Origin: Trichoplax adhaerens
Taxonomy: Eukaryota; Animalia; Placozoa
DNA: 64,000 nt
Assembly: GCF_000150275.1 (NCBI RefSeq)
Contig: NW_002060946.1
Span: 4,979,454 to 5,043,453, forward strand
Reading direction: 5' to 3'
Part shown: positions 19,301-34,300 of the stretch, in pieces
Layout: every line of letters starts with the position of its first letter
Numbering within the stretch: position 1 is the stretch's first letter
Position numbers and translations under genes: made by a program
The notes under the pieces: model-generated
Seen by the model: only the letters and a program-made list of their open reading frames with translations
Told to the model about the DNA's origin: nothing
The model's database searches: none

Positions 19301-21609
19301 AGAGAAATATACAATGCAGACTGCATTGTGTTCCGTCCAGTACTGAACTCACGATCCGACTGAAAAGTTAGACTCAATTTCAAAAATTTATATCGGGAGT
19401 TGTCTTAAAGTCAATCGGATTTATCTTGCTATACTGTACTGTATATACAAATATCGATTTGTAAATTATCGAGACACATTTCAGTGTTATGTCATGATCA
19501 GTACACTTGTAATGTGTTTCTACTATGCTCGAAGTAAAATTGATTTACACCGTTCAAATTTACTTGGAGAATGAATTCAATAAATAAAACTTATACTATA
19601 GTCCAGTACTGTACTTAGAATTATCAAACGTCCGGAGATTGGGAACGATTCGTGGCTATCCCCTTAAATAATTATAATTAATACGAGTACATGTAGTATG
19701 ATCGGATTAATTAAATCATATGCATATAATATATACTCCGTGCGAATGTTAAATACTGTATAAAGTTAAAGTACTACAAGTACCGCACAGTATGCGTAGT
19801 ATCAGTTCGAGAAATTAATCCCTTTAAAAAGTTTTACATATTGAAGGTCAATTTCGATGACATCAGATGCAATGTCAAATTTGGATTCGAATGATATATA
19901 ACTTTCATGCAAACGTTTTAGTCTAACAAGTAATATTAATAGGATTTTTCATTTTTTTATTATAAGGAATACAATTACTACTATTGCAGTACAGTATATC
20001 GAAGGGTGTGGCATCAATAGTAAAATACTGTATAGTGTACTGTACTGTACATTACGTTAGTCGCTCTTTACAGTTAGTAACATTACCGAAAAACAGAATC
20101 AGTACTTTGTACCCTTTACATATGCATTGCTAATTAATTCTATACTAGCACTATATATAATACGTAATAGTGGATGATCTTCAATTAACTATAAAATGTT
20201 ATTAAACCCTTATGATAGGATGATCTCGCCGAGCAGCACACTTTCGATTTCAAGGGATACCGTGAAGGGGTAAGTGAGACGTCGACTATGACGCTTTATT
20301 TCAAATTTTAAAGATGTAAAATTGTAACATGATGCGAAGCGAATTCCCGGTACAGTACTTTCATGAATTTTTAAAAATTTTTATAATGTAGTGATCTTTG
20401 ATTGAAGATAGTTTCAAATATCTCATATTCCAATACCAGCTATTAGAGATCTTCGTATGCGCGTTTGATGTGATCAACAGTTAAAAAATGATTGATGAAG
20501 TAGATTTTATTTTTACAAACTTTTTGTATCTTACTGTTGCTATAAGAATGTATCCTGTTGTGGTTAATATAGATAAAATATATCGATTAATAGGTTATAG
20601 TAATCATCGCAAAAATTAATAAAGCAAATGTAAAGACTTTTAATATAATTATAATTTACGTAGGATTTGGTTGATTGGAGCAAACCCATATTCCCTCAAG
20701 TTGGGAAGTTAGGAAAGCAATATCAAGACTGGGTGCATAGTCCTGTTGACAAGAAGTTGCGACTATTTCCATACGACCTTTTTGAAATCTGTTCCTATTG
20801 CCCTTGGTATACGGTGCCCATGGTCTGGCTACCGATTGCGTCTTATATTGCTCATACCTCACTTACCGGCATCTACAGCATGGACTACTTTCATACGTTA
20901 ACAAATGATCAGTGGGGTTTTGTAGGAGCCCTTTTGATCTTGGGCATATTTGCATGGACACTCATGGAATATCTTTTGCATAGATTCTTATTTCATGCTA
21001 TTCCGCCGGCGGATTCACCAGTACTCATCAGTTTGCATTTTCTCATGCATGGGCAGCATCATAAGGTTTGTTGGCCATCCTCTATAACATTTATTAAATT
21101 AATAGAGACGAATGATAAAGTAGCGACTAATATAATGCTGTATCTGTGAGTTGATATTGTTCTTTAATTCTAATGTATAACCTTTGTATAACTTAACAGG
21201 TTCCTTTTGATCCAGGACGTTTGGTATTTCCGCCTGTTCCGGCTGCAATCTTAGTATCGCCAGTGTATCTAACAGTTTCGTTGACTGGAAATATTGGTCG
21301 GCTAATATTTGCCGGTGGATTGTTAGGATACGTTGCATATGATTGCATTCACTACTATTTGCATCATGGATCACCAGGTCAAGGTACATATTTGAAAGGT
21401 CTCAAGACTTATCATGTGGTGCACCATTTTGTACAACAGGATAAAGGTATGTTTAGCTAGATATATTCTGACTCTCTCTCTATATTAATTGTTGCATTTG
21501 ACTATCAGGTAATGTTCCTAATTTCATACCTCTTTATATCCACTCAGGTTTTGGGATTTCTTCTAAATTTTGGGATATTCCTTTTAATACCTTACCACCA
21601 AGAGCATGA
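16358..21609 (+). CDS. FA2H: Fatty acid 2-hydroxylase (cytochrome b5 domain fused to a di-iron hydroxylase domain)
   Basis: Four exons: 16358-16771, 20664-21065, 21200-21446, 21548-21609. b5 motif HPGG; His boxes HRFLFH, HGQHH, HYYLHH, HVVHH; VPFDPGRLVFPP; C-terminus GFGISSKFWD. Confidence 0.96.
16385..16483 (+). repeat. Coding 12-bp tandem repeat encoding (NGTS)n at the FA2H N-terminus
   Basis: aatggcactagt-type units translate to (NGTS)6-NGTT-S-NGTS. Confidence 0.9.
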
Positions 21610-23388
21610 GAGACATAGCTATATTCAGCTGTACGTACTGCTGATTTTTACATAAACTTCGTTTACAGTAGATATAAAATAACATGGCAACTTTAATGTG
21701 CTATTATTGTATTAATATTGGAAAGTTATGTTAGCGCTAAATCATAAGGTTTCAGTTAAATTATATAATTATCTACAGTGCATTAGTTTTTTAATTTAAT
21801 ATAGGTTATTACTTCATCTACATGTAGGATGGTAGCATGATATTTAATGTAAATTCATAATTTTAAGACACTTTTGATTGATTAAAATTCTTGCAATCTT
21901 TAGTATCCGTCTTGAAAATGACTAACTTATAGTATATTCCTAGCGAGTGATAATACGAATATTTTTATCTGTGTCATTTCATAGCAAGCATCAAGCCTAA
22001 ATGAGTTAAAATATGTAGTTCTGTATACATAATAGTAAAGGAGACGTAACCGGTTTACTCATCTGACAATTATGGTATACAATTTAGTTGAACTTTACCT
22101 CGTTGTGTTTGAAAATTTTAGGTCAACAATAACATATGTGATAGCTAATTATTTTCGACGTAGTTTACATTTGACTACAGGAAAGGATATTTAGTTCTGT
22201 ATTATTGAAGGCGCGGGTACAGGGTGTTAAAAGAATATCTTCTAGCTGTTTCGCTGACGTAGCGTTAAATAAAGTAATCTAATAATATATAATAGGACAT
22301 CAATTTGGTAATGTTGTGGCTTACTTGTGTACGTTAATCATATCCATGGTAATCTATTCCTTAAAGCCAAATCTGAAATGAGTTTCTTTTACCTACTTGA
22401 TACCAATTGTACCCATCAATGACTTGAATTGTTCTCTATTTATCTACACCATACCAGTATTCTTGTAATTTGTTCTTAATTAGAAACGTTATGGAAATCC
22501 TTTAATTCATAGTTTACTTCCTGACTCTACCAATGGCTCAGTCTGTAGCATGACGACTTGTACACATGTTATGCAACAAGCAGAAAATATCCACATTGGT
22601 AAACGTGCTCGTACTATGCATGACGAATAGCAGAATTACGACTTACGAGTACTGTACAGTCAGTTAAGTACCCATTACTCATTCCGTGAAAGTAAATGCA
22701 ATTGAATTTTCCGATCGTCCTTTTCTTGTAAGTTATACAACTTTATTATTGGTTTTAGGTTGAAGTACAGTTTTCCTATAGGTTGTGGTCGAAGTAGTGA
22801 TTGAGATCCACAAATACTATATGACTGAACGTCTATCTCGAGATCTTGATTACTAATTGTTTACAGAAAGTAATAAAACCCTGATTTTGTTACTTTCTCG
22901 TTCCGATACCTTGTACCAGCAAGCATACAACTTACGGAGTCTGTAAAATTGCGTAAAATTTTTTCATCAGACATTATGTGCACGGTACACGTATATAAGA
23001 CATTGATTGATACTTTCCCTGTAGCAGTAAGTTGTACAAGAAAGATTACAGCAATAGCAATCTTACTGTTATCTTTCTTAGATGATCCAATACATGGTCA
23101 TTGTACATTACTTTTCAGCAATGCTCAGTGCCGAGATGCAGTACAGTTGAAACGTTTTACGTCTTGCAAGTTAATGTCGATGTCGTCCTATGTAAGCGTA
23201 TACTACACTTTATATTCGAGTTCTACTATAGTACTTTGCATGGCAATAACATCAGCCATTTTCTATTTGAAAATACACTTTTTAAACATCATGTCAATGT
23301 ACAGTATTTAGAATCGATGTTGTCACCCCGTCTTCACCCACAGTCCCTGTTGCCAAGTCAATGTACGTTTGTACAATGTGCACCAGTC

Positions 23389-23789
23389 ACACAAGGTCTT
23401 TTTTTAGTAGTCTATGTCTATGGTCATGATCATGTTACCTGATGCAGAAATGTGAAGAGAAACTGCATGCAAAATCAGACTCATAGTACTGTCCATAGAG
23501 AAAGTCAGGAATTTACGAAAACATCACCTACACAGAGGTCATTTTTTAGTAGTCCATGTCTATGGTCATGATCATGTTACCTGATGCAGAAATGTGAAGA
23601 GAAACTGCATGCAAAATCAGACTCATAGTACTGTCCATAGAGAAAGTCAGGAATTTACGAAAACATCAACTACACAGAAGGTCATTTTTTAGTAGTCCAT
23701 GTCTATGGTCATGATCATGTTACCTGGTGCAGAAATGTGAAGAGAAACTGCATGCAAAATCAGACTCATAGTACTGTCCATAGAGAAAA
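23389..23789. repeat. About 2.8 tandem copies of a 142-143 bp unit upstream of DDX27
   Basis: tggtcatgatcatgttacc recurs at 23421, 23563 and 23706; the copies are nearly identical. Confidence 0.93.
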
Positions 23790-24010
23790 AAATCAATAAT
23801 TTAGGTGATACTTGAGTCAATTCCCGCAAAAAAATCCATGGTAGTGTCAGCGACTATCAGGGACTACTGAGTGAGTACACGACTCTCGTCCCTGACCTTG
23901 TTTTGCATCGGAGTCCAGTGCCACTCGGAACTCCGACTGTAGGGTACAGTACTTAGTACTGTACAGTTGGATTTCAAAGCGAATCGGAAGGGAGTTGCAA
24001 AACACTGACG

Positions 24011-24075
24011 TACAGTACAGTACAGTACAGTACAGTACAGTACACAGTACTGTACTTTACAGTGTACAGTACTGT
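24011..24075. repeat. (TACAG)n pentanucleotide microsatellite with palindromic ACAGTACTGT elements
   Basis: Six perfect TACAG units at 24011-24040, followed by acagtactgta and tacagtactgta. Confidence 0.85.
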
Positions 24076-24450
24076 ACGTCTGTCCTTGCCTTAACCGTGC
24101 CGTACAGTACCGTACTGGTACTAGATGGCTACCAAGTTTCTGCAACGCCTACAACACGTGATCTTTGCACGACGTCGCATCGTCAAGCTGTAGCAAAGCA
24201 CCGGTCAGACTCGAGTGGATTAACCTCCAGGTCCTCTTGCGTGGAAATTTGGGCTTAAAATTAGGATAAATCCTTCAAGATTTCAATTTTGCAGCCAAGT
24301 TTCTGCATAAAATACTTTAGTGCAAGAAAATTTTTGATTGTGATTATATCGTCGTCTATAGAAGATTGGACGAGTAAAACTGTAGTATTATAATATCGAA
24401 TTGTACCTATCGGAGTTGTTGGATATCCACATATAAATCCAGGTGTCCAA

Positions 24451-27400
24451 ATGGCCAGTGACAATGATAGTGATGATGGTGCGGAGGTAAGAAACAATGT
24501 CCAGTAGAAGAAAATGAACATATCCAGTTTGCTTCTTCCTACAATGTTCTCTTGCTTGCTATATAGCAAAACAAGGATACTACAGTTAATAGAAACGACA
24601 CTTCTGCTTGTAAAATTGACGATAATACGCACTACTAAATGCCACTATAATGCAAGGAATACTGTCGATTGTGCAATGTATGGATGGATGCTTTATTAAT
24701 TATACTATTTCCTTATCCTATCAGATGTTGAGAGTGTACTCCATAACTGATTGCTAGATAAACTACTGTGAATGCAATATGATTGATCAAGCACGCGCGC
24801 AAGATGCCGACGTTAAGTCACATTTTGATGTGCTTTTTCACCTATGATAAATCCAACTTACCAGTCGTAGAGATTGACTACATACAGCATAGCATGGCTG
24901 AGTCAAGGCCTACTGTAGACCATACAGATAAACCACAGTGCTATGATTAAGAAGATAGAATGGTACAGCACTGTATTTGCGGCTTTATTGGAGATAGGAC
25001 AACGTCAATAGACTTTATCGATAAATTGCTATCGAAATCAACTTTATCTTGTTACTGTACAGTACCACGAGAGAGCCGACCAGAGACTGGACAACGCATT
25101 CATTTATTAATTACTGATTGCATATTCTACTATATACAGCATATACAAACTTCACGTATGACAAAGTATCAAGTATACTACCGGATAGGATGACGATTTG
25201 CAAAGTTACAGGCATATTAATTAAATTATAGAAATTACAATTTGTGATGCTTACTTCTAATCATACTGTATCAGCATGTACTCGAGTAATGGTCGGTAAT
25301 GAGATGTTTAGAGAGCTCAGTGATAGTCTATCTCGTCGTATAGCAACTGAAGCAAATACTTGACGCTTTTATACTTTTGCATAATACTGTACTGTGTAAC
25401 TACAATTTTAAGTGCCATACAGATACTATGGAAAGATATTGATGCTACGCTTGCTTTGAGATTATGTATTACTTGGTGAATATATCGACCATAGGTTAAC
25501 TGTGGCTTAAGTTAATTTCTAGATTATTAAAATTACATTCAGCACGTATAGGCTGATATCGGGTATATACCTGTAGTAGTCTGAAATCAAGAGCAGCACT
25601 TCTTAACTTATTTTTTTCTTGAATTGAGCTTAATCGACAGTACATCCGCAAGGTTGCTGCAATATAAAGAAGAGCTAGACTATAGTTGCATCGCTTCAGT
25701 CTAGAATTCGATATATCATGATATTATAAAGTTATAAATTAAAATTGGAAGAAAAAGTAGACTCTTTGATCTTATAATCCTAGCTTGACTGTGACTCCGT
25801 ACCCCTTTGTCGATACGACACCATGCGAATCTATTATGCAAATTTGAGTAGTGTATGAATCAATTAAGTAATTAACCAAGTAAGATTGTAAGACAGCGGC
25901 GAAAGTGTTGATAGATAGCTTCATATTGACCAGAATTGCAGCTAGTATTTGCGTTAAACAATATGTAAACATTATTCTTTTGCTAAGATGGTTTATCTGG
26001 AAGCCCACACCTTATACGTTAATTTGGCTACTTTACTACAAATCCCTTGTAGCATAGGACATAAGTGTACAAGTAGCACCTGTAATTTAAACTTAGGTGA
26101 AATGATATTGTAATTGTTATTATTAATGTTAATCTACATTATAGACGAAAAGATCGAGAAGGAAAGCAGATTTCGCAGATAACTTCGTCTTCCAAGTTGA
26201 TGATGAAGACACCGGTAACTCAGCTGGTTGGGATTTTGAGAATGTTTTGACATTTATTAAAAGAAAAGATGATTTGGTAATATATTTATAGATAAGTAGG
26301 TATTGTTAATACTAGACTTTCAGTACTGTACTGCCATTGAAATGAAGCAAAATAAGTATTACATTTAACTTCATATCACGTAAACAGGACTATTAGCAAC
26401 CCATACGTTATTGTGTGCTTTAGAAGGAAGATAGATACCTAATAGTCATACCATTTTATTAATCTTATTGTAAATTAAAATATAAATAATAGATAACTCA
26501 CTGCTGTAAATGCCCACAAATAAATAAATTCCATGTTTTGCAGGCCTCTTTTTCCACACTAAACCAAAAAATTTTTGAGAAAAGAAAGGAAAAGAGTCGA
26601 CCTGTTGAGGTAAATCATATGTTAATGCTATATGCGTACAGTAAGTTCTTATTTTAACATTCACCTATAACAATTAATCACGAAGACATTATTAAATGAA
26701 GTATTGAAGTCCTTCTTGTTATATAACACGATAACTCTTTCTTCGTAGTCTACAATTAAATTATACTTTATATTGATCAGAACTCTATCTCCTTATTGTG
26801 TAGAATGAAGGAATTGATGATGAAAATGATCATGGTGCAAATTCGTCAAACGTTTCATTTCCTGGTATGATGTATAGCCTACATTTCGATATACTTCTAT
26901 TAGTCTCGTTTCTTATAGAATACATTGCCACGGAATACTCTTTAATTTCTCTACTGCAACGATGATTACGTATAAAAAATTTTATAAGCTCGATTGTATA
27001 ATAAAAAAATATCTTAATAAATTCGCCAATTACTGTCTCATCTAAAGATGACGGTACTGACGATGAGGCCTATGAGACCGATGAGAATGAGAAGGATCAG
27101 GAGAGTGAGGTAATTTGGTAACGCATAGTAGATTAATTGGAGATCACTTTAACAGAATACTTTGCTTAATTCTGTAAATTAACAGTAATAATGTATAATT
27201 TCGAAATAAAATACTAGAATGAAGAAAAGGATGCCTTTTTTGAAAAGCCTCCAGTACAGGATTTAACTAAAAGTTTTAGAGATATAAACTTATCTCGACC
27301 ATTACTAAAGGTTTTGAAATCGATTTTCAGCGAAAGATTATTTAATACGTCACCTATGCCGCATTAATATTTTTACTATATTCTTAAAGGCAATTAGTAC

Positions 27401-30400
27401 TTTAGGATTCGAACATCCGACGCCAATTCAGTCATCAACAATTCCTATAGCTCTACTTGGCAAGGATATTTGTGCATGTGCAGCAACTGGCACAGGTTTA
27501 GTTCGCTAAATTTACTGTTGACTAAATATTTTACGCGTGATTGAAATGTGACAAGATATTGGAAATTGAACCTTGATTAAAATTCTGGCATTGTTTACCT
27601 TGCAGGAAAGACTGCAGCGTTCATGCTTCCTATATTAGAAAGATTGATCTATAGACCTAAGAGAATTCCCGTGACTAGAGTTCTGGTACTGGTTCCGACG
27701 CGAGAATTGGCTATTCAGGTGTGTATTCAGTTTACCTATAGATTTTAAGTTACCATTTTGCCGTCAGGATTTGAATATACATTTTATCGTGTCCTTAGGT
27801 ATTTTCCGTTGGAAAATCCTTATGTCAATACACAGACATAGAATTTTGCTTGGCAGCAGGTAAAAAATTTGGTGCATCGATCAGACTTACTGAATATTAA
27901 TTACTACTATGAAAGTAGTTTCACATGCGTACTGTACTTGCGTTTACTTTGGATTGCTGATTTTATTACTGTAGGAGGGCTAGATATCGCTAGTCAAGAA
28001 GCTGCACTTCGACGAAATCCAGATATAGTCATAGCTACGCCAGGACGCTTAGTCGATCATTTACATAATACTCCGTCGTTCGACTTACAGGGTATTGAGA
28101 TTCTTGTACTTGATGAAGCTGACAGGCAAGTAGATGTTTTAAGGAATTTAATAGCAAATCTCCTACGCGTATCTTAATCCCAAGATTTATAAGTAGATAC
28201 GTGACATTATGAAATGCACTTAGTTCTTATTAAAATTTAATAATGCGTATACATTAGAATGCTAGACGAACACTTTAAAGATCAAATGGATGAACTGATT
28301 CGATTAAGCCCCAAAGGACGGCAAACGATGCTGTTTTCCGCAACCATGACAGACGAAGTAAACTGGCTTGCTATTTGCCATTATTATTAATGTTGCTAGA
28401 ATAATAATACAAGAGTTAATATTTTACATTAACTGGGATTTCTCAATTTACTATTCTTTGAAACTAAAAGGTGGAAGAGCTGGCTACACTATCTCTCAAC
28501 AAGCCCATTCGCTTATTTATAAATCGAAATACCGACGTTGCAAATAATCTACGTCAAGAATTTATTCGCATTAGGCCTGCAAGAGAGGATGATCGAGAAG
28601 CTATCATAGCCGGTTAATAAGTTTTAAGTTTTAGTTATAGATATTCAAAGTTATTACGTCTCTTCAGTTTTTGGGATAGCAGTATCGAGAATGGTTAGTA
28701 AATGCAATCATTTTTTCTTCCATCAATTATAGCTTTGTGTTATCGACAATTCAATGAACGTTGCCTAATTTTTATGCCAATGAAGTGGCAAGTACATCGA
28801 CTAAGAATAGTCCTGGGATTATTGGGATTATCAGTTGATGAGCTGCATGGCAATCTAACTCAATTGCAACGCTTAGAGGCTTTTAACCGTTTTAAAAAGG
28901 GGGAAATTGGTATTTTAGTAGCTACTGATCTAGCTGCTCGTGGATTAGATATTGAAGGAGTTAGAACGGTAACAATATTTCTAAGGAATCAAAGATATTG
29001 TAGCATGTAAAGATTACTTAAAAGTCGAAAGTTTGAATTTATTAATATGAATGAATGTATAGAGCGTCAGTTACTTATACCATTCAGGCTAAAATCATCG
29101 TAGGAACTAGATTGGTTGATTCATTTCTTACCCTCTAGGTAATCAACTACAATATTCCAGCAACTACTAAGCAATATGTTCATAGGGTAGGTCGAACAGC
29201 AAGAGCGGGCCAGTTTGGAAGGTAAAATTCACGTTATCATTGATATTACGTATTCACCTTAAATCAAGCTTCTATAACTATATCAACTTATATTTAATAC
29301 TCTTCAATATTGCAGATCAATCACCCTGGTGGTGGAAAAAGAGCGAAAATTACTTAAGACCATTGTAAAAAATTCAAAGACGGCTGTAAAAAGTCGAATT
29401 ATCTCTCCTGGTTTGTTGAACTTATTATGCAATTAATAATATTTGCGTTCGGAAGATTCGAAGGAGATTAAGAATATTTCTTAATCAAATGCGTTTAATT
29501 AGAAATTATAACCAAGTATAAAAGAAAAATACAAAAAATACAGGCCGATATTAAAGATATTTTAAAAGCGGAAGAAGAGGAGAAAGCCGTAATATTTACT
29601 ATTTAGAATGTCATTGTTAATTAGCTGCTTGTGAAGTAAAAATTATGCTAATATTTAGTTTAGAGTCTCTGAAATGGAAGTAAATAAAGCTAAGAATTTA
29701 ATTATTCATGAAGAAGAAATACATAGTAGGCCAAAACGCACTTTCATTCAAGCTGAGAAACGTGACGGTAACATGATGTTCATGTAGAATTAATGCTTCT
29801 TATTTACTCGTATTAATAAAAAATTTCGTTGATTTTGTAATAATTTTGTAATTTTAACACGTGAAGAGCCAAAAAAGAAAAAGAAGAAAAACCCACAGAT
29901 GAAGGTCAATTCTCAACATTTGTAACATTTTTTGTATAAATATCTAATGATTGGAATTTACTATAATCATCCGATTTCAAACTTAGTAAAGCTGTCCAAT
30001 GTTGCTATTTCAACAGAACATGTCCTCAGATGAAGTAAAACTTCAGCAGTCTATGTATTATGATATACGTAATATGAAGAGAAACAAAAAAGGGAAAAGG
30101 CTTCGTACAGTTATTGAAGATAATGAAAAACCTGCTCAAAGTAATTATTTATAGTACTTCGTAAAATAGTATATTGGTTCCTATAACTACTATAGCGTAT
30201 ATTGTGTATCGTACATAGAAGATTAGCTATCAGGCGGATACAGCACATCACTTTGTGAATATACACTTAGAGAATTTATTAGTAAATGGAGATATACTGT
30301 AGTTTTACCAGATTAAGGTAGTCAACGAACGTAGTATCTATTATCGATTCGAGAGCTAAATGTACGTATTTAAATGGCTGTAGGTAAATACAATTTGACA

Positions 30401-30864
30401 CATTGATGTCAATGTAGTCAAAGATGTGGCTAATTCTAATCTTTTTAATTTTTTCATTTCTCCTTGCATTAATATGTAGCTCATAAAAAGAAAACGACCA
30501 AAGCTTTGAAGACATTTGATAAAGAATTGACCAATACTAGCAAGAAGGCATTAAAGGAATTTCGAAAAGGGTAGGTTTTTACTGTATAGAGCGTAACATT
30601 GATCGTTGCTAACTAAGATTTTTTCTGTACTCTTAATTTTAATATAATAGTGCTGTCATGGATACAAAAAAGAGGAGTAACGGAAAATTTAAATCAAAGA
30701 AACGGTAAACAAATCATAAACCTTACTTACTGTGTTGCTAGAATGTTTTGTAATAATGCTAATTACTGAAACTAATTTTCTGATAATATATCGTAAATAA
30801 AAAGATTACATGCAATTGACGCTATTGCTATTTCACATTATTTCATAGGTATAAAAGACGTTAG
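24451..30864 (+). CDS. DDX27: DEAD-box ATP-dependent RNA helicase DDX27 (Drs1 orthologue, 60S biogenesis)
   Basis: Motifs across exons: Q motif [72 protein letters not shown]-terminal ADFADNFVF...WDFENV and C-terminal FKSKKRYKRR* (TAG 30862-30864) match DDX27. The start at 24451 is tentative. Confidence 0.93.
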
Positions 30865-31318
30865 AAATTAAAGCACTCTTGTATTGGATTTAGATCTGTA
30901 ATAAAAATAAATATTGCCATGCTGCATAATTGCTTGTCTATAAATAGTATTTATTTGATCTCATAGTTTTATGGATACAGCAATTTGTATCTTTTTATCC
31001 GACGGCCATAGATGTCATAGTTACAAGCATAAAGATAATTTTAGTCTAACACTGTATATAGTATTGATGGCAAGAAATTTCAGTAATCAGTGAATCATCC
31101 GGAACTACTGTACTTGATGACTCACGAAAGCATTGATTGATCACCCATTGAAGAAATAAGTACAATTCACATTATTATGACATCTTAGATACTTATTTAA
31201 AGCTGAGCTAGTACGATACGTAAATTATCTATCGATCGACTGAAGCTGATGCTTTTATCTCTAATTTACTGGCAATATAAGAATCTAGAGAATATAGCGA
31301 TTGTTGTAACGCGGTAAA

Positions 31319-34300
31319 CTAGCGAATTTTTTTATCAAACGGCGAGGGTTGTTCGATGACTGAAAATTTAAGCCCTCTATCATTTAGCTTTTTTATAATA
31401 TTTGTTTTGCGAAAGGCTGCACCCGGTGTAAAGACGCCACCACTATGAATAATGCAATACAGAATAAGTTTAATCCTCTATAAAGTCCATAGTAAAAGGA
31501 AGAATATAAGCTGATACTTACGTGCTGGGTAGCAAATCTCTTTCCTCTAAAATCGCAATTGCTGCTTGTACCATACAAATAGGGGTTGTGACATAGCCGG
31601 GTTCTGGAATATTTAATTAAAATATATCTGTTACTAGCACGATCATAATATTGTACGCGAATGATTACAACTGAATGTTTAAATTCGTATGTTGATTTAC
31701 GAATTCACAAGTTCTAACCTGGTCCTGAGACTTTAGTTACAAAACGCGTGTCTGGTGTTGCACCTTCAGAGCTAAAATTGATTCCGAAATAATTATAAAT
31801 AGTTAACAAAAGGTGGTCTGATCATTTTAAAATTACAGTATTAGAAGACCTTTTATTTTTATCCTTAAATCCATAACCATAAAATGTTAATGAAAATGTC
31901 GTTCCGTCGATCTATTTTATTACAATAAAATCGGTAAGTATGAAGGGTAAAATTGATAGATTGGGATAGAATTATCCGCGCAATAATAATGAGACAACCT
32001 TGTTTATGCATAACGTAGTTAATGCAATTAGAACGAGTATAGTATACCGTACCTGTTTCTGTGATGGTCCTCCACGCCGAAAGATACCATTAGAGAAAAG
32101 GCCAGGAAACTAATTTGCAGAGTTTATTGTATCAATAGCACAAAAGGAAAATACATTCTATAATTACCAACCAGTAGCTAGACAAATATAGCTTGTGTGA
32201 AATCAGGCTATGAATACCAACCGTTAATAACAGGTAACGACCGAATTTATATCCGCTCAGTATGGAGAACAAGAAACCGTAGAAGAGGAATTTATATAAA
32301 CCAAGCGTAGAGGCGATAGCAATACTGTGCATGCACTGAAACTGTAGGTACATGTACATAATACAAGATTAGAGGATTCATATTGCATTATCCTAATTAA
32401 GCTAGTTAATTTTACAAATAAAATATAAACAAAGACATATCTGTAAAGCAAGAAACTAAACGATAGATTGCTGCCATATTGTTCTTTCCACTTACAGGTA
32501 GCTCATTTTCTTCTCTATAAAAGTAGCGGAGAGTTCGTTGCACCTATCGGTTTTCAACACATCTTTGATTATTCTTATATTAAACAAGAGTAGCATTTAC
32601 ACGCCCATGCACGTGAAAATTAGGTATCATAGTAGGTTATTATTTTAAGGTTAATTGAGTTATGCAATTTATGCTATGAATTTTCAGCGTGTGTGATTGG
32701 GCTTATGCATTAGCGCAAGTTGTTTAAATAACTCACTACTGAGCGATCAGAGCCCATGAATGGAATTCCATAACCATGCGTTTCTTCGGACTTGAAATAG
32801 TTACCCCTGAGAAAATATCCATAATGTATTAATTGATTACAAAAATGTCGAAATCTTTTATGATGCGGCATACTTGAAGATTACAAAATTAATAATTTAA
32901 TACAAATCACCTTCGTACAACAGATTTTGCAGTTTTGGGTAATTTTACCGCGTTAGCTTCTTTTCGCATTTTTCTTAATTTGTTAGCATCAGAAAATCCA
33001 TGGACAGCAGACTCCCATGTCGCAAAATTTACGGCAGTGCCCTTTTAGATATCAATTAATTATGAAAGTTACTAGGTGATTAAAAAGCAATTAAGGACCA
33101 TAATTTACTCAACTATAATTCTATTGAAAATTATCTATCAACAGTATTTGACAGTTGACAGGCGGTAATACATAGCTATAAAAATTTCACTATATCGTTA
33201 AATATCCAGTACATTATGTCGAATCTATAGTTAGTAAATAGTACAGTAGAGTACTATATTTGATGTAATTGAGATTCATTTATCATTATTTCTTTACCGC
33301 TGGTCCGGAATTAAGATTTATATAGCAGTCAACTACACCTAATTGTCCTATAATAGAAAAAAGATAAAAAAATTGAAACGTAAAATATAACGTTTGCCAG
33401 TGCTACATTTATTAATTTGATTAGGACTCTAATAGTTAAGACTTGCATACTATTTACTGCTATGTACGAAAGGATTGTAGATGCCATCATATACGGTACT
33501 CTTTCGTTTGTACAGATACTTTTAAAATTGGCATGGTAATATAGTATTTTCAGATTGTTATTTCGTTACGTGAGTATTCATTTATTGATTTAATTTATTA
33601 AAAATAAAGCATGAATTATTATATTATGATTGAATAATTAATCATTTTTTGAACTGTTGGTATTACATACCAGGAAAGCTATCTCTTGTAAAGGTAACAC
33701 CCAGGTCGGCAGGTATGGAATCTGCTCCGCAACTACCAACTACGTATGTGTTAGCATCTTTTGCTTTATTATGATATTTCAATTCCATTTCTTCTAAGAA
33801 CTAAGGAATAATATTTATGAGAATACAGTATATTATCGCAATCAGTTTAATGCAGACATTCAAGATAGATTAGATTTGTTTAACATTTGATCCAAAGTAT
33901 AGAACGCACCTTAGGCTCGCCAGATATATCGACGTGATCGCAACCTTGCTCTACCGCATTTCTGACAACTGCTTCACCGTAGAATCGATACTAAAATAAT
34001 TTATAAAAGTATAATATTTAGGTGCAACTATGGAAGGCGATAGTAGACTCTACATTATAACGATTTAAAGGAGTCTTAGTTGTCTACTTGTCTAATTTCA
34101 CTACATGTCAACTAACTTAATATCTATACGGTAATATTGCATTATGACATTCTAGCACAAGTGCTATAAGGTTTATAATGATTTTAGGGATCTTATAATA
34201 TACACGTATGTCTGCAAACAACAGGCTATTCTATAGTGCATTGCACCTTTGCATCAACTACTGTAGCTAAAAGTAGTATTAATAATTTTCTGGTTGGAAA

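Noticed and set aside
22165-22278. Minus-strand open stretch ITLFNATSAKQLEDILLTPCTRAF... containing an ATATCCTTT U12-like donor
   Set aside because: No compatible upstream exon could be built (the neighbouring candidate has stops in all frames), and no U12 branch/acceptor partner was found. Probably chance.
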